32,000 nt of DNA. Source: Acaryochloris marina S15 (lineage in GTDB: Bacteria > Cyanobacteriota > Cyanobacteriia > Thermosynechococcales > Thermosynechococcaceae). The notes beneath the pieces are model-generated. The model worked only from the letters and a program-made list of their open reading frames with translations. It made no database searches and was not told where the DNA came from. A program made the translations under genes and the position numbers. The stretch lies in the NCBI RefSeq assembly GCF_018336915.1, contig NZ_CP064923.1:2610001-2642000 (forward strand), given 5' to 3'. Within the stretch, counting starts at the first letter, position 1. Each line of letters begins with the position of its first letter. This document shows positions 26,040 through 32,000 of the stretch, piece by piece.

Positions 26040-27590
26040 GTTACTGCCCAGGCTTAAATCATTGTGTTGAGAATGAAGTTATAACTCTCTCTGGATCTAT
26101 GTTTTAAGCACAACAGCAATCAATCCGTTATCTTCCGTTGAACAAGAAAGTCTCTGATCAGAAAATTAGTGAATCTGATATTCGAGCAATCTACCATCAA
26201 GGTGAGGATGCAGTTGTTGAGCTAGTCACCCGTCTTATCGAGCGGATAGAGCGACTAGAAGAACGTCTTGACAAGGATAGTCGTAACAGTAGTAAACCAC
26301 CCTCAGGCGATGGCTTTGGGAAGCGGACAAAAAGTCTACGGGGTAAGAGTAAACGCACAAGTGGCGGGCAAAAAGGTCATCCTGGTCGCACATTGGAATG
26401 GCGTGATACCGTCGATGCCGTCGTTTTACATCCGGTGACTCAGTGTCAAGAATGTGGTGCCTCTTTAACCGAAGTAGCAGCCCACAACTATGACCTTAGG
26501 CAGATTCATGAATTACCCCCTTTGTCATTACAGGTGATTGAGCATCAAGCAGAAGTCAAATATTGTGAGCACTGTCAAACCTTGAGTCGGGGTGTATTCC
26601 CTGCAGATGTCACCAATGTAGTTCAGTATGGCAGCAGCCTTAAAGGCTTGATGGTGTACTTGCTGGACGCTCAACTGTTGCCGTTTGAGCGAACGAGTGA
26701 CCTGTTGAAAGAAGTTTTTGGCTGCCAGGTTTCTGAAGGAACCCTCTGCAATGCCCGTACAACCTGTGCTCAGAAATTAGAACCGATTGAGGTACAGATC
26801 AAAGACGGTATTGAGCAAGCAGCAATAGGGCATTTTGACGAGACAGGCCTGCGGGTGAACAGCAAGCTATGGTGGCTACATGTCGCCTGTACGCGTGGGT
26901 TGACCTACTACTTTGTTCATGCCAAACGCGGAAAAGCAGCGATGGACGAAATGGATATTCTGCCGAACTTTACGGGCACTAGCATTCATGATGGTTGGCA
27001 GAGTTACGCCACCTATGATTGTGCTCATGGTCTCTGCAATGCTCATCATTTGCGGGAGTTACGCTTTGTCGTTGAGCACTATCAGCAACCTTGGGCTGAA
27101 GAGATGATGACATTGTTGGTGGACATCAAAACTCAGGTAGAGAGTGCTCATGCTGAAGGCTTAAAAGCTCTCAGCACAGAACAAATCGAGATGTTTGAGC
27201 AGCGTTACCGAAAAGTATTAGCCGATGGATTCAAGAGTAATCCAATCCTGCCAGTTGATGAAAACGCACCTAAGAAACGAGGCAAGAAAAAACAAAGTAC
27301 ACCGAAAAACCTTCTCGACCGATTTGAGAAGTACCAATCTGCTGTCCTGGCCTTTATGTATGATTTCCAGGTTCCCTTTGATAACAATCAGGCTGAACGG
27401 GATATTCGCATGATGAAATTGAAGCAGAAGATCTCAGGCTGCTTCCGCTCTTTGGCGGGTGCCCAGCAGTTCTGCCGTATTCGCGGTTATATTTCGACTT
27501 TGAGAAAGCAAGATATCCCTGTACTTGATTCACTTAGAAGTATTTTTGTTGGAACTCCTGTGCTACAAATGCTTCAGCCTGGGCAGTAAC
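26040..27590 (+). mobile_element. Intact single-ORF IS66-family insertion sequence (1551 bp)
   Basis: Perfect 15-bp terminal inverted repeats GTTACTGCCCAGGCT (26040-26054) and AGCCTGGGCAGTAAC (27576-27590). These are flanked by a perfect 8-bp direct repeat CTTTTTTC (26032-26039 and 27591-27598), which is the TSD length expected for IS66. Confidence 0.85.
26138..27589 (+). CDS. IS66-family transposase
   Basis: TTG start. N-terminal coiled coil (LIERIERLEERLDKDSRNSSKPPS), zinc-ribbon CQECG..CEHC, and the DDE core HFDETGLRV..WWLHVACT..IHDGWQSY..CNAHHLREL. Confidence 0.9.
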   Translation: MNKKVSDQKISESDIRAIYHQGEDAVVELVTRLIERIERLEERLDKDSRNSSKPPSGDGFGKRTKSLRGKSKRTSGGQKGHPGRTLEWRDTVDAVVLHPVTQCQECGASLTEVAAHNYDLRQIHELPPLSLQVIEHQAEVKYCEHCQTLSRGVFPADVTNVVQYGSSLKGLMVYLLDAQLLPFERTSDLLKEVFGCQVSEGTLCNARTTCAQKLEPIEVQIKDGIEQAAIGHFDETGLRVNSKLWWLHVACTRGLTYYFVHAKRGKAAMDEMDILPNFTGTSIHDGWQSYATYDCAHGLCNAHHLRELRFVVEHYQQPWAEEMMTLLVDIKTQVESAHAEGLKALSTEQIEMFEQRYRKVLADGFKSNPILPVDENAPKKRGKKKQSTPKNLLDRFEKYQSAVLAFMYDFQVPFDNNQAERDIRMMKLKQKISGCFRSLAGAQQFCRIRGYISTLRKQDIPVLDSLRSIFVGTPVLQMLQPGQ

Positions 27591-27619
27591 CTTTTTTCAT
27601 GAGCTTCAAATCCCTTGTT

Positions 27620-27671
27620 AGAGAGAGTTATAGCTCAATCTAAAATGTTAAGCCCTCAGCCGTTGGCAGTA
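27620..27671 (-). mobile_element. Decayed solo end of a second, related IS66-like element (inverted)
   Basis: The reverse complement (TACTGCCAACGGCTGAGGGCTTAACATTTTAGATTGAGCTATAACTCTCTCT) aligns with gaps to the left end plus subterminal region of the intact IS (26042-26092). The shared blocks are TACTGCC, GGC, TTAA, CATT, TTGAG and TATAACTCTCTCT. Confidence 0.4.
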
Positions 27672-27947
27672 TATTTACCTTGAAGCCCATAACCCAAAAG
27701 AGTTTTAAACTTATTGATCCTGCTAAGAGACCAGTGCTGTATTTACACCACAGCTTATTATGATTAATACACTTATCTGAATTACTTAGAGCTTTTAGAT
27801 TGTTCATGTAACCGAAAAAAATTCTCAAAAGTTTTAATGCTATGGATTTGTGTTCATTTAGTTTGGGCTGTAGGGCACGAAAAGATTTTGATATAAAGAA
27901 AAAAAGTTGGCAAGCCTAAAAAGGAATATAACTGTTAAAGCCTTATT

Positions 27948-28451
27948 ATGCAGATTTTTATCCGGGAGGGAACACTACAAGATTTACCTTTTCTAAGCCA
28001 AATGTCATTAGAGGCAGCTAACTGGCATCTGAGCGAGATCCGACCTTCTCTACAAAAAGGACTATCACAACCTGGAATCGCTAATTTGATTGAAGGTTGG
28101 GGCCGTGAGGGAGATATTTCTGTGATTGCTGAATCTCTTATTGGTGAACAGGTGGGCGCTGCGTGGTATCGTTATTGGAACAATAATCATCATTCTTCTG
28201 GCTATGTCAGTGATGTTATTCCAGAGTTAAAGATTGCGGTTTGCCTGGACTGGAGGAGACGAGGTGTCGGAAGCATCTTATTATCTACTCTGAAACAAAA
28301 AGCGTGTGAACAAGGGGTCAAATACATAAGCCTAAGCGTTGAAAAAGATAACCCGGCCCGAAACCTATATCTTCAGAATGGTTTCCGACCAGTAAGACAA
28401 GTTGGAAATGTATGGACAATGGTGACCCAGGTAGCTGACCGATTTTTATAG
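27948..28451 (+). CDS. GNAT-family N-acetyltransferase
   Basis: 167 aa with acetyl-CoA binding motif A CLDWRRRGVGSILLSTL and the downstream NPARNLYLQNGF motif. Confidence 0.85.
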   Translation: MQIFIREGTLQDLPFLSQMSLEAANWHLSEIRPSLQKGLSQPGIANLIEGWGREGDISVIAESLIGEQVGAAWYRYWNNNHHSSGYVSDVIPELKIAVCLDWRRRGVGSILLSTLKQKACEQGVKYISLSVEKDNPARNLYLQNGFRPVRQVGNVWTMVTQVADRFL

Positions 28452-28461
28452 CCTCGGGGTC

Positions 28462-29546
28462 CTACGGTGTACACACAAGTCTGAATTAGACTGTAGTGAA
28501 GTCGTATAGAGCATCCTCATAGATATGGAAAATCCTATTTTGGTGCACGAAGAACTGATTAATGGAACTACCTTTGGCGACCTTCGTTTGCTCAAAAGGG
28601 GGCTTCATTATTCGATGCCATTCATCACCATCAGAGCGTAAGCATCCGTCAAATCAGCCAAGGTCGCGCAGAGCAAGTGGGCTTCTATCGCTTCTTAGAG
28701 AATGAAAACGTGTCCATATCTGAGTTGGTCAAAAGCCTCTGTGACCACTGCCAGCAACAAGTCAAAGGACGACACGTTTTAGCCGTCAGTGATACAAGTG
28801 AGGTCAACTTACAATCTCATTCAGGACGCTTAAAGCTAGAAGAGTTGGGTGTTGTCGGCAATGATCGCGATGTGGGCTTTTTTATTCACCCGACCCTCGC
28901 CTTAGATGCAGGGACTGGTTTCCCGTTAGGATTGAGTGCACTTCAACTGTGGACTCGGGACCCGAATCGTCCAACCGTCAAAGATAGAGGAGGATATCAA
29001 AACCTGCCGATTGAGGAGAAAGAATCCTTCAAATGGTTAGCATCTGCTGAGCGAAGTCAACACTGTCTGAAGACAGGAGGGGCTAGCCTGGTCACTCATA
29101 TCGGTGACCGAGAATCGGACTTATATGAAGAGTGGGCAACGGTTCCCGATGCATTCAATCATCTCCTAGTCAGGGTTCGTCAAGACCGTCGTCTGCTAGG
29201 TCAATCCAAATCACTCTATGGATATCTCAAATCACGGTGGGGGATTGGATTTACCACGATTACGATTGAGTACGAATCCCGTACTCAGCGGATGGCTAGA
29301 GATGCAAAGCTACTGATCCGCTGTGCTCCAGTCAAAATTCAACGACCTGAACATTTGAAGGAATTGGACTATCCACCGAGTATTCAACTGTATGCCATCG
29401 AAGCGGTAGAACAGACAACGCCCAAAGGTCAGAACCCGATTCATTGGCGCTTATTGACCACTCACACGGTGGAATCCCTTGAGCAAGCGCTACAAATTCT
29501 GGAATGGTACAAATTCAGGTGGAGAATTGAGATGTGCCAGCCTTGA
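28462..29546 (+). pseudogene. Tn5/IS50-like IS4-family transposase, frameshifted and 3'-truncated, with its left end
   Basis: ATG at 28525 gives MENPILVHEELINGTTFGDLRLLKRG. The frame breaks at a G5 run (28598-28602) and continues in the -1 frame as ASLFDAIHHHQSVSIRQISQGRAEQVGFYRFLENENVS..LAVSDTSEVN..IEEKESFKWL..IGDRESD..YKFRWRIE. Similarity ends near 29531, whereas homologues continue for about 150 more aa. The sequence CTACGGTGTACACACAAGT (28462-28480) resembles the Tn5 outside end CTGACTCTTATACACAAGT. Confidence 0.75.
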
Positions 29547-29631
29547 TGCCCCTATAGACATCAGAGTTTTTCCGTTGAGGTCGCATAGACGAAGAATAAT
29601 TTTGTGACATAAGACCTTTACCTTAAGAATT

Positions 29632-31791
29632 TTACAGTTTGGGAATTTCGGTTCCATCAGGACAGATAGCTATATCGGGAACTTCGCCTTTCCATCGTTG
29701 CCTTAGAGTCTCACCTACAGGGGATTGTCGATAACGTTTCAATCGGTCTACTTCTGCCTGATCAGCCCAGACAATCCAACATCTAGAGTGTTCAGACTGC
29801 TGTCGTGCTTTGACCCATCCCCGTCTGAGCCAGTGGTAAAGTGTGACCCTTGGCATCTCTAAATGTTTTGCTAAATCAGGCAGCCACCACTCATTCTCTC
29901 CAAGAGCAGCTCGTTTATGCATAACAGGATGAGAACCTATGCTTAAGCGCCGCATCAACGTCTGGACAATTTGTCGGTTGAACGTTTGGCGACGTTTGGG
30001 GGGATGGAATCCAGCTTGGTGTAGGCAATCAATAATTTCATCTGTACTCAAGTTTTCTTCAGCACACTGTTCTAGTTTTTCACATAGTTGGGGATAGAAA
30101 CTTAGCTGAGTCCAATGGGCAACCGGACGGGTAATTTGATCATGGGTGGAGTCCCCTCCTACCCACTCAATCACCACTTGAGCGTGTTCACTTTTGCCAA
30201 TGATATTCACGCTGATGTTTTGAATCACTTGCCGAATAATTTCTTTGCGTTGAATTTGTGTAGTGGTTTCTGCTTTCCAAAGTGCAGGTAAATCTTCAGC
30301 CAGTTGCCGAATGGCCTGTTTCTCATCAGCGGATAGTGATTGAGATTGCTGGGAACAGAAGCGGTTATACTCTTGTTGAAGATCTTGATGTGCTTGTAAT
30401 TTGGCTTCCCAGTCTTGAGCTAATTGTCGAGCGACTAATCGATTTTCAGGTTCGACCAAACGATAATGTCGGCCTGCTCGTTCCGCTTCAAATGTAGCTC
30501 GCTCCAAGCGGTGTTGCCAAAGCTGATTAAGCTCTAAATGGTCCTGCTCTAAATGCATCGTCGCAGCAAGTGCTAATTCTAAGGCCGCAGGTTTTAATGC
30601 CTGCAACACTTGTTTGGAGACGTATATATCTAAACAAGGTCCTGACAAACTTTGACAGAGAACACCGCCATAATTGACAGCCTCTTGGCGGCAGACATAC
30701 TGATGATGCCCCTTTTGTGGATAGTGGATCATCATATAGCTACCACATTTGCCACATCTGAGGAGGCCAGATAGCAGCGCTGTTCCTGGGCGTGCTACCC
30801 CAACTTCCTTCGCACGGTTTCGATTAGATTGTAGTTGAGAGACATTCCGCTGGTATTGCTCCCAACCAATGTAAGCAGGATGATGGTCTTTAATTAATAC
30901 CAACCAATTCTCAGGGGGTTGAACGACTGATCCCGTACGGGGACGTCCTGCTTTCTTTTTTCGAGGATCAATTTGTTTGCGACCATAAGCGTATGCCCCA
31001 GCATAAGCAGGGTTTTTCAGTAAGCACTGTAATGTTGCTCGAGTGGGTCGTCGCCACTCTAGATCACCTTTATGTGCACCAGATAGTACCCGGACTCCAA
31101 TTTGAATTTGATGGGTTACTAAATAGCGAAGAACACCGTGGAGTGTACCGAGGTCTTCAAATTTTCGGAAGATGAGTTTTACAATTTGCTGAGCCTGTTC
31201 GTCTGGGTCAAATTGAACGACTCCAGAAGGATGACGGACATAACCAATAGGCACGCTAAAGCCTAATTCTCCCCGTTGAGCTTTTGCGTGTTTGCCTTGA
31301 ACCAATCGCTGTTTGAGAATGTGGAGCTCTGCTTCACTCATGGTTCCTTTTAACCCCAACAGGAGACGGTCATTATACTGACTGGGATCATAGATGCCAT
31401 CAAGGTCTGCAATCAGCGTTCCGAACAAGGCACAAATTTCTAATAGTTGATGCCAGTCCTTAGATGAGCGAGCAAGACGCGACATCTCTATACCTAAGAT
31501 TAAGCCAACATGATTGAGGCCAACTTCAGTAACCAAGCGTTGAAAACCGACACGACCTTCAGCACTACTACCAGATTTGCCTAAATCATCATCAATGGTC
31601 AGCACTCTCTTGCGGTTCCAGCCCAAAGTCTCAGCACGATGGACCAAACCATATTGAAGTCGAGTCGATTCTTGATGATTCACCACTTGCTGTAAGGTTG
31701 ATTGACGTACATACACGATGGCTAACCGTTCTAGATGATGGGGCTGAAGTTTTTCTGATGTCCATATTCCTAGCTCAATCTTGGAGTTCAT
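29632..31791 (-). CDS. Large serine recombinase (resolvase/invertase N-domain, recombinase domain, zinc ribbon, extra C-terminal HTH-like tail)
   Basis: Catalytic region AIVYVRQSTLQQ..SGSSAEGRVGFQRL..GLILGIEMSRLARS. Recombinase domain VPIGY..LRYLVTH. Zinc ribbon LLRCGKCGSYMMIHY..YVCRQ. Coiled-coil stretch, then C-terminal WWLPDLAKHLEMPRVTLYHWLRRGWVKARQ. Confidence 0.9.
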   Translation of the reverse strand: MNSKIELGIWTSEKLQPHHLERLAIVYVRQSTLQQVVNHQESTRLQYGLVHRAETLGWNRKRVLTIDDDLGKSGSSAEGRVGFQRLVTEVGLNHVGLILGIEMSRLARSSKDWHQLLEICALFGTLIADLDGIYDPSQYNDRLLLGLKGTMSEAELHILKQRLVQGKHAKAQRGELGFSVPIGYVRHPSGVVQFDPDEQAQQIVKLIFRKFEDLGTLHGVLRYLVTHQIQIGVRVLSGAHKGDLEWRRPTRATLQCLLKNPAYAGAYAYGRKQIDPRKKKAGRPRTGSVVQPPENWLVLIKDHHPAYIGWEQYQRNVSQLQSNRNRAKEVGVARPGTALLSGLLRCGKCGSYMMIHYPQKGHHQYVCRQEAVNYGGVLCQSLSGPCLDIYVSKQVLQALKPAALELALAATMHLEQDHLELNQLWQHRLERATFEAERAGRHYRLVEPENRLVARQLAQDWEAKLQAHQDLQQEYNRFCSQQSQSLSADEKQAIRQLAEDLPALWKAETTTQIQRKEIIRQVIQNISVNIIGKSEHAQVVIEWVGGDSTHDQITRPVAHWTQLSFYPQLCEKLEQCAEENLSTDEIIDCLHQAGFHPPKRRQTFNRQIVQTLMRRLSIGSHPVMHKRAALGENEWWLPDLAKHLEMPRVTLYHWLRRGWVKARQQSEHSRCWIVWADQAEVDRLKRYRQSPVGETLRQRWKGEVPDIAICPDGTEIPKL

Positions 31792-32000
31792 TGCTCACCT
31801 CCCTCTGTTTTTGGGCCACCATCTGGCTCTTTAACATCTGACTGAGGATACAGACTAATCGCTGGCGTTTGGGATGAGGCAAGCTTAGCCACAGATTCTC
31901 TGTTTTTAGAAAATTTGACGGGGGGACTCGTTTCGCTCTGACATTCGCAACCTTCTTGTTGAGCTGATAAGTGATTTGCTTTCATTCTGGCAACTAGCTT
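31788..32000 (-). CDS. Hypothetical ORF translationally coupled to the recombinase (5' end possibly off-window)
   Basis: Its TGA overlaps the recombinase ATG (ATGA at 31788-31791). The frame stays open upstream of the ATG at 31985 all the way to the window edge. I recognised no family. Confidence 0.35.
   Translation of the reverse strand, partial: KLVARMKANHLSAQQEGCECQSETSPPVKFSKNRESVAKLASSQTPAISLYPQSDVKEPDGGPKTEGGEQ

Noticed and set aside
27640-27828. 62-aa minus-strand ORF downstream of the IS66 element
   Set aside because: It overlaps the decayed IS66-like end and AT-rich spacer, and I recognised no motifs. It is probably spurious.
1-32000. tRNA, rRNA or other structured RNA genes
   Set aside because: Scanning the intergenic regions by eye revealed no T-loop/GTTCGAATC-type tRNA signatures and no rRNA-like conserved blocks. 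A covariance-model scan (tRNAscan-SE/Infernal) would be needed to exclude small ncRNAs.

Overview
This 32-kb window is most likely cyanobacterial. It has two HIP1 palindromes (GCGATCGC at 16010 and 17868) and an IS repertoire typical of cyanobacteria.

Layout:
(1) 1-3351: the 3' part of an RHS/YD-repeat polymorphic toxin gene. It ends in a 174-aa unclassifiable C-terminal tip, and no immunity gene follows.
(2) 3.4-3.9 kb: an IS256-family transposase remnant split by a 123-bp MITE.
(3) 4.7-24.4 kb: a roughly 20-kb polysaccharide locus, all on the + strand. It holds six glycosyltransferases (four GT1/GT4-type and two tandem GT2 paralogues), three clear sulfotransferases from different subfamilies and one cryptic sulfotransferase-like ORF. 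It also holds a fused TMD-NBD ABC exporter and a Wzy/O-antigen-ligase-like membrane protein. The last member is a 1592-aa multi-lectin protein (3x CBM6-like, Ig-like, malectin, Calx-beta-like, GSDH-like beta-propeller, IPT/TIG) containing 2.5 nearly identical copies of an 807-bp tandem repeat.
(4) 24.4-29.6 kb: an IS graveyard. It contains a truncated ISKra4-like gene, tiny IS4-like and IS630-like N-terminal stubs, and an intact IS66-family element with an 8-bp target duplication sitting next to a decayed IS66 end. A GNAT acetyltransferase and a frameshifted, 3'-truncated Tn5-like IS4 transposase complete it.
(5) 29.6-32.0 kb: a 719-aa large serine recombinase, translationally coupled to an upstream ORF that runs off the window.

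I found no rRNA, tRNA or CRISPR array. The best candidate for an undescribed system is the IS-bracketed, sulfotransferase-rich (presumably sulfated) exopolysaccharide locus together with its leaderless multi-lectin protein. All family assignments come from motif reading by eye, not from database searches.
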